Made by a program: the position numbers and the translations under genes. Source: Phyllosticta citribraziliensis (lineage: Eukaryota). Taken from it: a stretch of 64,000 nucleotides of DNA. Position 1 is the stretch's first letter. Each line of letters starts with the position of its first letter. The stretch covers positions 2,232,001 through 2,296,000 of the forward strand of contig NW_027117342.1 in assembly GCF_038025025.1 (NCBI RefSeq), written 5' to 3'. Under the pieces are notes generated by a model. The model saw nothing but the letters and a program-made list of their open reading frames with translations, made no database searches and was not told where the DNA came from. Positions 23,688 to 36,268 of this stretch are shown here, piece by piece.

Positions 23688-24903
23688 GCGCGGTCCCAGG
23701 CATCCACCTTCTTCCAAAGACAGGCAGACAGGCAGGCAGACCCGCATCTACCTGCTCCAACCTTGTCCGCCTTCTCCCCATACTCACCGAGTACCTCTCT
23801 TCTTTCCTTTCCCCTCTAGGCGCACACGGATGGTTGGCACGGCGAGACGGAGCGTTCGATTGCTCTCGTTCCCGCCAGAAATGTTGGGAGGAGAATTTGA
23901 CACATTGGCTTGACACTGGATAGGCAGACACCCCAAGAGCGGGACACGTGCGCGTTGGTAGACGGATCCCTACAGGCAGTGCAAAGCAGGCCTCACGCGA
24001 ACTATGTATGCCCAAGGTCCGCGAGGACGGGCGATCCGGTAGATTTACGGATGGTGAAGCAGAGGCAGATGTAGAATGTAGAAGGGAAGTAGGCAGAGTG
24101 CGAGACTGAATCGAACGTATTATGAACGGACGACGAGAACACGGGTAGACGTGCCTTTTCCTGCAGGCTGCCGTAGAAAATACGGGGAGGACACGTGCTG
24201 TTGCTTCATAAATGCCCGCGAATGTACATGCAGTTTGTGGGCATGATGTGTCATACGATGTGCATATCCACAGCAGCTCTATATACCTCAATGTCCGGCA
24301 AGAGAAGGAGAACAGATGAGCTGTACAACAGTGCAGCCAGCGTCCATCTCCCTAAACAGTGCCAGTTGCACCCGCGAGAAAACCCCTACACCTTACTGTG
24401 ACACATCCGCACATCCATCACGCACTTTGCTCTCACAGAGACAGAACGACACAGATCGACAGTCGGCGACGAGCAGGTGGCCAAAGCTTCGATGATGGAC
24501 TGTTTAGGTATCCTAACTACAGCAGCGGGAGTTGCAAGAGAAAGAGCAAGAGGACGGCGACGGCGACGGCATGCTGGTATTTCGGGAAACAAGACTCGCC
24601 TCATAGAAATCAGGCTACAAGTACAGCGTGTTTGCCTCTCCACACACCCCCGGCGCCGTCAGTGTAGGTAAGTGTGATGTGGTGGAGCTTGTTTGAGTTG
24701 CTGGGGGGGGAAATCGAGAGGGAAGAACCGTCTATGTCGATAAAAGACTTCATATGCAGACATCTGGATAGGGGAATAGGTCGAAAGGGGAGAGAGAATA
24801 AGAAAAAAAGTGCTGGAGTTTGGTCTTCTTGCGCCGCTCGTGTCTTTTGGACGGTCATCTATTAGCCAAAGTTGATTCGCCTTTTTTCATCTTTTCCATT
24901 TGT

Positions 24904-26274
24904 CTACACGCGCAGCAGCTTGGCCGCGTAGTCGGCAATCAGCGTCTCCGTGGGGAAAGACAGCTCCTCCAGCTTGGCCGCGTAGGGGGTGGGGACCTCG
25001 GCGCCGGTGACGCGGACAGGGGGCGCCTGCAGGTAGTCGAAGGCGTACTCGCAGCTCAGAGCGAGCAGCTCGGCACCGACACCGAAGGCAGGGAAGCCAG
25101 ACTCGACGGACATCAGGTGGCCAGTCTTCTTGACCGACTTGACAATGGCCTCGACGTCAAGGGGCTTGATGGAGCGGAGGTTGATGACCTCGGCCTCGAC
25201 GCCGTACTTGCTCTTGAGCTGCTCAGCAGCAACGAGAGACTGGCCGACGCAACGGGAGAGAGTGACGATGGTGATGTCCTTGCCAGGGCGCTCAATCTTG
25301 GCCTTGCCGAACTATAGCACCTGTCAGGTTCCGCAAAATCGTCCCGTTGACGGAATACCTACAGGAATGACGAAGTCGTCGCTCTGGGCCTCGGGGCTCA
25401 TCTGGAAGGGAAGACCGTACAGAAGCCTGTTGAACATCAGCCCAATCCCATCAACTTGTAGCTTTGTTGTTCGTACTCGTTCTCCAAGACGCAGACCGGG
25501 TTGGGGTCACGGATGGCGGCCTTCAGCAGACCCTTGGCGTCCTCTGCGCTGTAGGGCGCGACGACCTTGAGGCCGGGGATGCTGCCGTACCAGGCGCTGT
25601 AGTCTTGCGAGTGCTGTGCGGCGACACCGGCGGCAAAACCGTTGGGACCACGGAAGGTGATGTTGCAAGGCTGGATGCCACCAGACATGTAGTGGGTCTT
25701 AGCGGCCGAGTTGATGATCTGGTCAATGGCCTGCATGGCGAAGTTGAAGGTCATGAACTCGCAAACGGGGACCAGACCGGCCAGAGCAGCACCAACGGTG
25801 AGACCGCAGAAACCGGACTCGGTGATGGGGGAGTCGATGACCCTCCTCTCGCCGAAGCGGTCGAGCAGGCCCTTGGTGACCTTGTAGCTGTAGACAACCA
25901 TTTTGTATTAGCGAAGCTCTGTCGTCACAGACTCGGATTGAATCCATCCTGCTCGTGCCATATCGATGCGAGGTCGCAACGAGTATGCGCCAAAGCCGAG
26001 ACTCGCCCCATAAGCACGGAGGTCCCACTCACGCTCCGTTGTACTGCGCAACCTCCTCTCCCAGCACAAAGACCTTCTCATTCTTCTCCATCTCCTCGAC
26101 CATGGCCTCATTGAGAGCCTCACGGACAGTCATCTCCTTGGATCCACTGGGAGTGGCATAGCTACGGAAAGCTGGTATCGAGGCCGTGGGGCGGGCAAAA
26201 GCGGAGCGAGCAGCAATCGGGCGCGACGCCGCCATGAGGCGGGAGGCCGGGCGGAAGAGTCTAGCGGCGGACAT
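24904..26274 (-). CDS. PDB1: Pyruvate dehydrogenase E1 beta subunit, mitochondrial; exons 26274-26033, 25887-25477, 25426-25363, 25311-24904
   Basis: Arg/Ser/Ala-rich presequence; [68 protein letters not shown]. Confidence 0.97.
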
Positions 26275-26891
26275 GGCTGGCTCTGTCGAGTGGGAGGGGA
26301 GAGGAGGGAGGAATTGAGGCAGAGAGGTGACGGAGAAGTTGAGCTGAAGGTGGTGGTGAGCTGCAGGATTATCGCGGCCGGGAAATTCTAGTTGGGGCGC
26401 GGCGCTACTCCCCAACACCTGGGCTACCCATCCGCCCCGCCGGGCACCACTTGTCCGATCTAATCACTTGAACCGTTACTGGTCAGCAACGGCCCGGACC
26501 AGCTTTCGGTCAGCGACTGCAGAGGCTCCTCCACAACGTCTTTGGTCCATCTCGAAGCAATCAAAAGCATCACGCTGCCCGTAGACTCGGTTGAAACCCC
26601 AAAGCGGACCTGTTGAGCTTCATCCGATTCTAGCCGAGCGTTAACTGTGCAATGCAATCCTCGCCTTGCAACAAAGTCCCACCGGCATCAATCACAATGG
26701 CTTCGATAGCTACGACTCGGCCCAACTCATCTCATTTACGTATAGAGGCGTAATATGCGTACAATTAAAATTTGCGGTCGAAAATCTTCGGCCATTACCC
26801 AAGGAAATGATGCTCTAGAGGCACTCCGCTCTAAGAAGGCAATGCAACGTATGCAGCGTAGAGAAGTACATGCAGTTTCCAAGCCAAATCA

Positions 26892-28152
26892 TCAAGCACT
26901 GGGCTTGCGGCCTACCATCAGGTACATCGGGGTGAAGAGCTTCTCCTCGCCGGCTGCGACAAGGCTGTCGGCAGCGTAGGCCAGGCTATCGGCCGTCTTC
27001 TGGGTTCCCTTGGGCGCCAAGCCAACGTACTCGAGCGCACCACAGAACTTGTGGGCAAGAGAGCGGCCAACCTTGGTCATGCGGAAGATGTGGAGGAATT
27101 CCCAAACGGAGTCCATGTGGGTGTAGTTGCCAGCCAAGGGCCAGTACCACGGCCGAGGGTCAGGGCGGTCTGCGAGGTCTTCGTTGACCTCCAGCTCGAA
27201 GCCGACCTTCTTCATGGCTTCCAATGCAACCGAGACGGTGCACATGTTGGAGATACCATCGCCCTGTTCAATGCCCAGACGAAGGTCCCGGTGGTGCGCG
27301 TCGCTGTCGTCGTACTTGTCGGTCATGAGCCACTCGTAGACACCAAAGACACCGCCAGGCTTGAGCACGCGGAAGATTTCTCCGTAGATGCCCTCGAGAG
27401 TGGGGGCATGGACAGTGGCTTCGATGGCGTAGACGGCGTCGAAGCTGTTATCCTCAAACGACATTTGCTAATGGGCACCAAGTGAGCAGACTGCGCAATT
27501 GCGACGTGCGGGGCTTTGGCGCTTACCATGAAGTCGCCCTTGACATAGCTGATCTTGTCCGAAAGACCCTCCTTCTCAGCATAGTAGGTGGCACGGTCGA
27601 TTTGGTAGTCGTTGTTGTTGAGACCGACAATGTTGGCGCCGGAGAACTTGCAAATTTCTCTCGCAGGGCCTCCAACACCACAGCCAACATCAAGAACCTT
27701 CATTCCATCGCGGAGTCCCATGACGTGGGCAAGATAGTGCTCATGGCGAGCGAGAGCTTGTTTGAAAGGTTCGTTTTTGGCGAATCGGCAGAAGTGGAAC
27801 GACTGTGCCCAGCCCTGCTCGTACAGGTCGGTGGCCAGGTTGTAGTAGCTAAGACTTGTTAAGCATCAAAACTTTCCAACCGAGAGGGTTCGAAGACGTA
27901 CTGCCTGGTGAGGGTGGCGTATTCCTTCTTGCGCGCCTCACGGACCTCCTCGGTCTCGTCCTCGCCTTTCCTCTCGTCCCAGTGCTTGAAGTACTCGTCG
28001 AGAGCAGCAGAGTTGGCGGCGTTATTCTTCTTGTTCAGCATGGCCCAGGTGCCGCCGCGCACCTGGCCAGACTTGCCGTGAAGTGCCTCTTTGAAGGCAC
28101 GGTCACGCTCCTTGTCCTCCATCTCGAGCTGTTGGGCAGTAGTTGACGACAT
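26892..28152 (-). CDS. ERG6: Sterol 24-C-methyltransferase; exons 28152-27902, 27848-27527, 27467-26892
   Basis: [69 protein letters not shown]. Confidence 0.97.
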
Positions 28153-28510
28153 CTTTGGGCAATTGACAGAGCAGCCTTCTTCTCTTGTACAGGTCAGATG
28201 CGTGGCGCAGCGGGAAGATGCCAAAGATTGACCTTGGAAAAAGCAGGACGGGACGGGGAATGTACAAGGTAGCGGCGAGGTTGACCAGAGCGAAAGGGGC
28301 TCACCGCCCAAACAATTTCCAGGCCACCAAGGGACCCTGGACTTGCGTCGCTGGCTGTGCATTGACGAGTCGGTGCGATGCGCCGGGGAAAAAGCCGTTC
28401 CGTCATCCGACGCGCAGGGCATCCACTAGCAGCTGAAGTCATTCTTCTCCACCACGCCACACCACCGCGCGCCTCAACATCGCAACTCTAAACCTCGCCA
28501 TCACCGCATC

Positions 28511-29635
28511 ATGCCGCCTCAGATCAAACACGACCTCAACCGCTCCGGCTGGGAGACGACAGATTTCCCCTCCGTCTGCGAACGATGCCTTCCCGAGAAC
28601 CCCTACGTCCAGATGCTCAAGGAAGACCACGGCGCCGAGTGCAAGATATGCACAAGGCCCTTTACCATCTTCCGGTGGAAGGCTGACCGCACCGCCCGCC
28701 AGAAGCGCACCAACATCTGCCTCACCTGCGCGCGCCTGAAGAACTGCTGCCAAGGCTGCATGCTGGATCTGTCGTTCGGTCTTCCCATCGTTGTCCGAGA
28801 CGCCGCCCTCAGAATGGTTGCGCCTGGCCCGCAGAGCGACATCAACCGCGAATACTTTGCCCAAGAACACGAGAAGGAGATTGAAGAGGGCAGAGGTGCT
28901 GTCGAGGCCTACGAAAAGACGGACGAGAAGGCGAGGGAGTTGTTGCGGAGGCTGGCCCAGAGCGAACCATACTACAAGAAGCAACGAAGGCTTGAGAATG
29001 AAGTCGAGGAAGGTGGAGAGTCGTCTTCGGGAGGCCAAAAGGCTTTGCCCGCACCAGGAGCAGGCGAGATGCAGCTTCACAAGCCTGGCCCCATCCGCAC
29101 GAGAGACACCAAGGCAGGCCGCGGCGCGCGAGGAGCAGCCAACGCCGCGCAGGCGCCACGACCCGAGGACATCCAGCCACCGGCAGACAAGAAGATCACG
29201 TCACTATTCGTCACTGGTGTCGAGGACGACCTCCCCGAGCATGAACTCCGCACCTTCTTTTCCAAGTTTGGCCAGCTTCGGTCTCTCATCTGCTCCCATC
29301 GAGCGCACTGCGCTTTTGTCAACTACGCCAGCAGGAAGACTGCAGAGGCTGCTGCAGAAGCTTGTCAAGGCAGAGCGGTCGTCAAGGGAGTTCCACTACG
29401 CGTCCAGTGGGGTAAGCCTCGGCCACTCGATACCATGGAGCGCGACGAGCGCATGATGCACGCTAGGTCAGGAAGACAAACGAGAGAGGGTGTTGGTGCG
29501 CGGACCAAGAGTGGGAAGGCTGCTCCTGGAGTCTTGGAAAAGCTTGTGCTGCCTCCCGAGGACCCAAACAGCCTGACGATTGCGCCTCCTCCGGGCACCG
29601 AGGACGCCGACTACCCAAGTCTTGCTGGAAACTGA
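28511..29635 (+). CDS. SLT11: Pre-mRNA splicing factor Slt11/Ecm2/Cwf5 (RBM22 family), intronless
   Basis: WETTDFPSVCERCLPENPYVQM, ECKICTRPFT, CARLKNCCQGCMLDL zinc-binding region; RRM (SLFVTG...HCAFVNY...LRVQWGKP). Confidence 0.95.
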   Translation: MPPQIKHDLNRSGWETTDFPSVCERCLPENPYVQMLKEDHGAECKICTRPFTIFRWKADRTARQKRTNICLTCARLKNCCQGCMLDLSFGLPIVVRDAALRMVAPGPQSDINREYFAQEHEKEIEEGRGAVEAYEKTDEKARELLRRLAQSEPYYKKQRRLENEVEEGGESSSGGQKALPAPGAGEMQLHKPGPIRTRDTKAGRGARGAANAAQAPRPEDIQPPADKKITSLFVTGVEDDLPEHELRTFFSKFGQLRSLICSHRAHCAFVNYASRKTAEAAAEACQGRAVVKGVPLRVQWGKPRPLDTMERDERMMHARSGRQTREGVGARTKSGKAAPGVLEKLVLPPEDPNSLTIAPPPGTEDADYPSLAGN

Positions 29636-29792
29636 GGAGTGAAAGCGGGGGAAGTGCAAGGTGTTGCGGTCATTTGGAGTTTCAAGCATCGATGTCAATC
29701 ACTGCATCAAGGGCGTTTGGGCGCGGAAAAAGGCTGCTAGATTCGAAAGGCTGCAGAATCAAAGGGTATCATATTTGGTAAAGGAGTTGGTC

Positions 29793-30277
29793 TTATAAAG
29801 CTGAACAGCACTTGACACCAGCAAGCGTGTTGCGCGTGCCCGCGGGTTGCTTTATCGACTCGTTGTCCCCTCGTTCGGTGTGCTCGTGTATCTTCAACTC
29901 TGCCAATGAAGCAGATTAGCGTGATAAAGCATGGTCCAGCTTTCTGGGACGCACGGTATTTGCCCTCGTCCGTGACCTTGCCTTGGACAAGATTCTCCTT
30001 CAAGAATTTGGACACTTCATTTGCCTTGGATATGGATTTTTCCAAGACCTTGCTGTCTTGGGGAAGGTCACGGTTGGCCTCGAAATTGTTGCGAGCCTCG
30101 AATCGAGCGGCGTTCATGGTAGCGACATCGCCTGGGGGTTGATCAGCTTGGATGCCATTGCCAATTTCTTGTAACTAGAGCGATCCGCGCCAGAAAGGAG
30201 TGTAGTGTACCTTCGAAAGCAATGCGAATGGATCGCAGGAGGTTTCGGTATGCAGTAAGAGCGGAGACGCGCGACAT
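29793..30277 (-). CDS. MZM1: LYR-motif complex III assembly factor Mzm1/LYRM7; exons 30277-30211, 30131-29955, 29899-29793
   Basis: Spliced [24 protein letters not shown]...[10 protein letters not shown]...FLKENLVQG...[18 protein letters not shown]. Confidence 0.88.
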
Positions 30278-30701
30278 GATGGGGTTCGAAGGTTTGGGAG
30301 GAGGATTGAGGTGCAACGAGAAAGTAGAGAGCGAAACAGAAAACGACGGCGACGGGAGAGAGGGCGGCGAACAGCGGCGACGCAGGAATCACCTCAGCCA
30401 CTGAGGACGCCACTGATTACCTTATCCCGGGAAGCCACACCCAGCGGGCCGTGCGGTGCCGACCAGCGACCTGACCACCGCACCAGCTCCCAGGTTGCGG
30501 CCACTGCGGCTGTGCGGCTCCCCTGTCCTGTCCTCTGAGCTGCTACCTCACCAGCCGCCGTTTGACGTCGACGCTGTCACACCCTGCCCTGCTCTGCTGC
30601 CCGCCTACGATCGAGTCCACCGGAAGCTGCTTCGCAGCGCCATGCCCAACACTCCTCTCTCTTCTCACTCGCACCACTCCCACTGCTGAACCTCGAAGAA
30701 G

Positions 30702-31951
30702 ATGGTGTCTCTTTGGCCCTGGCGCGTGAGTCGTTCTTGAAGCTATTCCCTAACAGACATGGTTCGCTGATCCTTGGACCCAGGACGACACCTCCGCCGC
30801 CGCCTTTGAGAAGACGCTCGCTGCCCTCTCCACAAAGATCCAAAAGACGACCGTTCGAAACGATGCTCTCAGAGTGCGCGCCAGGAAGTTCAGGGTCATG
30901 TGGACCCTGTACTCTGGCTTCCTCTACATCCTCGTCTCCGTCATCATGATACTTGTCACTGGCTGGCGCAATTGGGGACCAATAGAATACACTGCGGTTG
31001 CTGGTGGCCCACTCATGTGCGAATTCTTGGACTCGTCGCTCTGGGACATGCGCGCTGACTTTTACAAGCATATATGGTGTGCGCCAGGGATTCAACGCCT
31101 ATTATGAATACCGCATTTCCAACACTCAAGCCTACCTCGACCGCCTCTGCAAAGAACGCGACGACACGATCGAAAAGCTGAAGGAAGCAACAAAGTACAA
31201 CTCCACTCAGCAGTTGCTAGAGAAGTACGGCTCGGTCAAGAAGGGTCCACAAAGCCCGTCTGCGGCTGGCCCACAGCGCAAGCCCTCAGGAGACCAACGA
31301 CCCTCCTCTGCAGGCAACCTTCAGGGTCGAACTACTGGAGCTCCACCTCCTACCGCAAACATCCCTCGCAACAACCTTTCGCCCGGTCCAAAACCTGACG
31401 ATCGCCCGCATACCTCCGCTGAGCTCCAGAAACCGCTTCCACCCTTTCCTCTAGGAGAACTCCAGAATCCGATTAGCAGTGGGCATCAGTCACCAACACA
31501 GCCTCCTGCTGCTCTCAACGCCGATTTCGCCCCAAATGCATTTCCAGCGCAGTATGCCCCGGAGGTCAGGGAGCCTGCCTGGTACGATCGCATACTGGAT
31601 GCTCTTATGGGCGAAGACGAAACACAACCAAAGAACCGCTTCGCTCTGATCTGCACACACTGTCGCCTCGTGAATGGCCAAGCGCCGCCTGGAACAAAAT
31701 CACTAGAAGACGTGGGCAAGTGGAAGTGCATGGGCTGCGGTGGCTCTAATGGGCAGGAGAATGAGACACAGAAATTGGTCAACCGTCTCTCTCAAGTAGC
31801 CTCCGAGCAGCCTGAGGATATTTTGACGCCAATCCGCGAGAAAGTGCCTATTGGCGCGGTATCTCCTGAAGATTCTCCTGGCATTGATGCTACAGATGAT
31901 TCAGCACCTGCTCGGTCAACAAGAAGCAGGACAGCGCGGAAGAAGTCATAG
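30702..31951 (+). CDS. LNP1: Lunapark ER three-way-junction protein; exons 30702-30725, 30784-31016, 31069-31951
   Basis: N-terminal FEKTL coiled coil and two hydrophobic segments; LKEATKYNSTQQLLEKY; WYDRILDALMGEDE; zinc ribbon RFALICTHCRLVNG...WKCMGCG. Confidence 0.92.
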
Positions 31952-32192
31952 CCTTGCCTTTTCTTATCAGCATTTCTGGGTCTCGGGGTTTTTCCATTAC
32001 TTCTCGCGTTCTGGCAGCCTTTTGCATATTAGTGGGAATTCCATCACAACACACTCGACTGCTCGCCTTTTGAACCGCAGAATACCCTCAATGCTCGCTT
32101 GTGGCTTCGTTCGTTACTTCGTTGCGGATATGTGCTAATTGCAATACCGGTTTTCTGCGTTTCTCATTGCCCCGTCTCCTCCACCTGTTTCC

Positions 32193-33596
32193 TCAGTCCC
32201 ACTCGAAAAATCCATCGCTCCGACTGCTACGTGGGAGCCGATCAGCTTTGTAGGAGACCATGGCGATCTTGGAGCTGCCTGGAGAAGGGGGTCGGCGGGG
32301 ACGACTGCGCGGGATGGCAGTGTCCCGAGACTGACGCGAAGAGGGATGGGTAAGAGAGCGCTCCGTAGGAGTGGGCTGAAGCCGAATGGCCTCTTCGCCA
32401 ATGGTCGAATTGGTACTTTGATCCATATACGGGCCTCGCTGCTGGACGGCAGTGCCCTTTGCCTTGTCTCTTTTCTCCTTGGCCCTTTTCTCCTCCTTGA
32501 CCTTTCTCTCCTCCATGGCCTTTCTCTCCTCCATGGCCTTTCTCTCCTCCATGGCCTTTCTCTCCTCCATGGCCTTTCTCTCCTCCATGGCCTTTCTCTC
32601 CTCTCTGGCCCTTTTTTTCTGTTGTCTCCGCTGGAACCGGCGCTGCGCTTTCCCAGCGATGTACTCTCCGCGATTGTCCATGACCTCGTGGATGCTGTCG
32701 AAGCTATTGTCCTCGCTGTCTTCGCTGGAAGACTCCTCATCCCTCTCGTCACCATTTCTCTCGGACCACGCGAAAATCCCCCCGGATTGCTCCGATCCCT
32801 TGGCTGCGTCGTTCTGCACCTGAGAGTTGGATCCAGCGCCTTTCAGCCCCTTGCGCCTGGTCTTCGTCTCCCAGCGAGATCTCTGCGAGTTGGTCGACAC
32901 GCTTTCCTGCGACTCTCGCAAGCCCTTCTTCACTCTTACGATCTCCGACAAGTTCATGTCTAGCGCGCTGAACCCGCTCTCGGTCGACCGCCCCGTATCC
33001 TCTGGGCCCCGCATCGCTTCCGCCTCTTGCGTAGGCATATCCGTCTCCCAAAGTCCCAGTCTCTGTCCAGGCAATCGCAGGATTAGCCCGTCGAGTGGGT
33101 CGCGCACCGAATCTCTGGTCGACAGGCCCCTGTAAGCGTACTCGTTTGCTGTCGCGATATCACTGGCCGCCTGGACGGTGGTCTGGACGACCGTAGTCGC
33201 AGCGCTCGCCACGATCGATGTGGCTGCCGATGCCAACGAACCCGCAGTTACCGTGGCGTTGATCGCCACGTTGGACGCCCTCTCGAGCCTGGAAGCCGGC
33301 GGGCGGTAGGCACGCGGATCGTAGTTGTCGTCGACGGGGCTGTCAATGTCCGAGTCCACCTCCATCCAGTTGGCGTCGATGTCTTCGGCTGCTTCCGAGG
33401 CTCGGGCATTAGACGCGCGTCGAAACAGTCGCTCACGCATGATGGGATCGTCGCTGTCGTTGGTGATGAACGGATTGTTGCTGTTGGCGGTGATGGCCAG
33501 GGGGTTTGACTCGGAGTGCCCCTGATCGCTGCTGTTGCCCCCCTGCCTGGATGCCGGCAGCCAGTTCGACGGCAGCCAATCTGCCCAAGGTGCCAT
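32193..33596 (-). CDS. Hypothetical 467-aa low-complexity protein with charged coiled-coil tandem repeat (MEERKA)n
   Basis: Long ORF starting at CACCATGG context; protein-like composition; no recognisable domain. Confidence 0.7.
   Translation of the reverse strand: MAPWADWLPSNWLPASRQGGNSSDQGHSESNPLAITANSNNPFITNDSDDPIMRERLFRRASNARASEAAEDIDANWMEVDSDIDSPVDDNYDPRAYRPPASRLERASNVAINATVTAGSLASAATSIVASAATTVVQTTVQAASDIATANEYAYRGLSTRDSVRDPLDGLILRLPGQRLGLWETDMPTQEAEAMRGPEDTGRSTESGFSALDMNLSEIVRVKKGLRESQESVSTNSQRSRWETKTRRKGLKGAGSNSQVQNDAAKGSEQSGGIFAWSERNGDERDEESSSEDSEDNSFDSIHEVMDNRGEYIAGKAQRRFQRRQQKKRAREERKAMEERKAMEERKAMEERKAMEERKAMEERKVKEEKRAKEKRDKAKGTAVQQRGPYMDQSTNSTIGEEAIRLQPTPTERSLTHPSSRQSRDTAIPRSRPRRPPSPGSSKIAMVSYKADRLPRSSRSDGFFEWD
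32501..32608. repeat. 18-bp tandem repeat CCTTTCTCTCCTCCATGG, 5 perfect copies plus 1 degenerate copy, inside a CDS
   Basis: Units start at 32501, 32519, 32537, 32555, 32573 and 32591 (degenerate). Confidence 0.95.
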
Positions 33597-36268
33597 GGTG
33601 TCTGCGGGTGAAGTCGATATGTAAAAATGGGGGTTTTTTCTCGGGTCGCAGCAGCGCCGTTGAAGTGAGTGGGCGTGTCGAAAAGGAAGATAAATGATGA
33701 ACCCGTTGAGAAGGAGCCAAATATCCCGAAGGAGAAGAAGAAATGGTTGCTGTCCGTCAGCCAGTCATCTCCAGCTGTCCACGTCGGCGCCAGGCAGTGA
33801 GTCTCGAGGACCAGTCCAGTTGCTTGAGACCGATCCAGCCGCGCGCAGTGGTGGTGAATGAATGCCGTACGTGAACGTGTGGGTCGTCGGTCTGTTGGTC
33901 GTGGGAGGAAGGTGAATGCATATGGATATATGGAGCGGGGAGGAAACAAGCTCAGGTCCATTTATGGGGGGAGGCTGCTGCTGGCCGGCCGGCCGTTTGA
34001 AGGGAACGGGAGAACCATGGAATACAAGGAAGCCACTGAGTCAAGATGCGCAATGTTGGGGGGGGCAGAGCAGGAAGAGCGTGAACGGTTGCGTTGAGCA
34101 CATGGTAGATGTGCCTGTGGAAACTCACAAGGTTTGCTCGCTGCTCTCTGGGCGAAAGGGGTGGAGGTTCCGCGGGTCGTGGATGCAGAATGATGGCGTC
34201 AGTTGACCTCCTTTCCTGTCCACCACCTTTTGCTTGGTGTAGCCTTCGTCTCCCTCTGCTATTCCTAAACGTCCGCCCTCGTCGACTTTCCGTGGCGTTG
34301 AGATTGTCGAGGTGCGAGAGAGCGTCTCGTCGTTGCCATGTCTGCTACTGTTACACCTGCGTCCTGCACACTTAGCTACCCGGACATCATGACCACGTGT
34401 TCGTGTAGGTTTTTAGAATAAGTAGCCTACCTCATTTCATTCTTCAGAAGCAGGCCAGCAACGCAGGAACAAGGAACCTGAGCTAGACCAATCCGCCAAC
34501 CACATCTCCAGCTCCCCTGAAATTCAACGAGCAGATTGCACAGCCCGGCGATGCTGCCTGTCCGCCTGCCTACTTTGCCTGTACCACCCTTCAGATCCAT
34601 TATTTTCCTTCCCCTCCCTCCCTTTATCCGGCGCCGGAACGATGCTGGGTGAACGAACCTTGACAGAGAAACGCCGCTGTCGTGGCAAGTACCACGACAC
34701 GACACACTGACGTCTCCCGCCGACCAGCCAAACAATAACGTTGCAATCGTGCAGGAGCAGAAGCACTTGCGAAGAAGGGAGTCCCAATGTCTAGCAAACA
34801 GGGCCGCCGGTCGTGACAACCGTATGTGCCTGGTTGAAGCTGTCAATAAGTTCCATCTGGGTCGGTCGTACGCGCGTCCGACTGCACCTCGAGTCCTCGC
34901 CGGAGGCCTTGAGAGAGACAAGGTTGAGCCTCGCGAACCGCGCAAGCACGTTGGGTTGGGTTGGTCATGAATGGGCCAGGCTGATTCCACTCCTCACACT
35001 TGCGAGCAATCTCCCTTCAAACACCCGCATAAAGCGAATGACATGATGAGAAAAGGTGTCTTTCCGGCCTGCCATCGCAGCAGGCAAGCAGCGTGCGTGG
35101 CTGGACAAGAAAGCCGGGGTGTTGAAAACTCAGTGCTCCAGTACCACAAACTTATCCAATGAATAGCGTTGCGCCTAGAGCAACGGTTTCGACGAGTGTG
35201 TTATGCTGTCAGGAGCGCCTACAATCCTGTGGGTGAATTAGATGTGAGTAAGGCAGAATTTTCGCGTCAAAAGGATTGGAGATGAAGGCGGTTTTTGAAT
35301 TGGTCGTCAGGTTCAGGCGGATTTTCGGAGCGAGCCTGAGGAGCGAAGTGAGAAAGGTCCGCCTGTGAGAGGTTAAGGACAAGAAGAAAACTAGTACATT
35401 GAAGAGAAGAAGAGAAGGAAAAGAAGACTCGGATCCCGCTACTTTGAATGCCGGTCATGCATATCAAAAGGCATCGATGCCCTGGAACCCCAGCATTGGA
35501 TGACGAATAAGAAAAAGGAGACACAAAGATGTCTGTATGCAATCGATGAGCCAGTGGTTGTCTCATTCGACGGACAAATTCGGCCTCTTCTGAAGCGAGC
35601 TGGACTCTTGGAGCCCATGCGAAGAGCTCCACCATGATCGAGGCATTGCGAACTAGAACTAGAATTTTGGTTGCCACGTGGGGACAGAGCTTGAGCCGAG
35701 ACAACTCAGCCCAAACTTCAACTGTAGCGATTCAATGATTGTCGAGCCAGTGTCCATGGTTTCTTCAACAGTCGGGAAGTAAATGTCCAGGAGCGATTCC
35801 GCCCTTCAAAGGCCCGATCCTTTGATATTTCCCTTTAACCTTCAAACAAGACGGTGAGGCGGGCTCATGCCTGGGCTTGAGGATGGTACAGAATACTCGG
35901 TTCTGTCCAAGGGTTCGAGCTCGCAAGGCATGAGCAAAATTGTGTAGCGCCACACGTCCGAGATGGCCCTAGGTCAAAGTTCACTGCCAATTTACGGTAC
36001 ACTTAGTGATTTCAACACCTTGACGGTTCGCCCTAGAATCAATGTCAGCTATTTGAGGCATTTGAATACTTTGCTTCTGCTTACCTTTCAGGGCGTCGAG
36101 GATCCAGCCTTAGGGAGCGCATTATTGCAGTGTGGACCTTGCAAAGCCTCCGATCGGATGCAGTCGATGGGAGACTTGGAAGGAATGAGAACATGCGGCA
36201 ACTGGTAGAGGCTAACACATGTTCAGTACAGACTGTTGCCTCTCTGTGCAGTCAGTGGCGAGGTGGCT

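Noticed and set aside
32139..32963. 274-aa antisense ORF with (LSLLHG)n repeats
   Set aside because: Reverse-strand shadow of the MEERKA-repeat gene.
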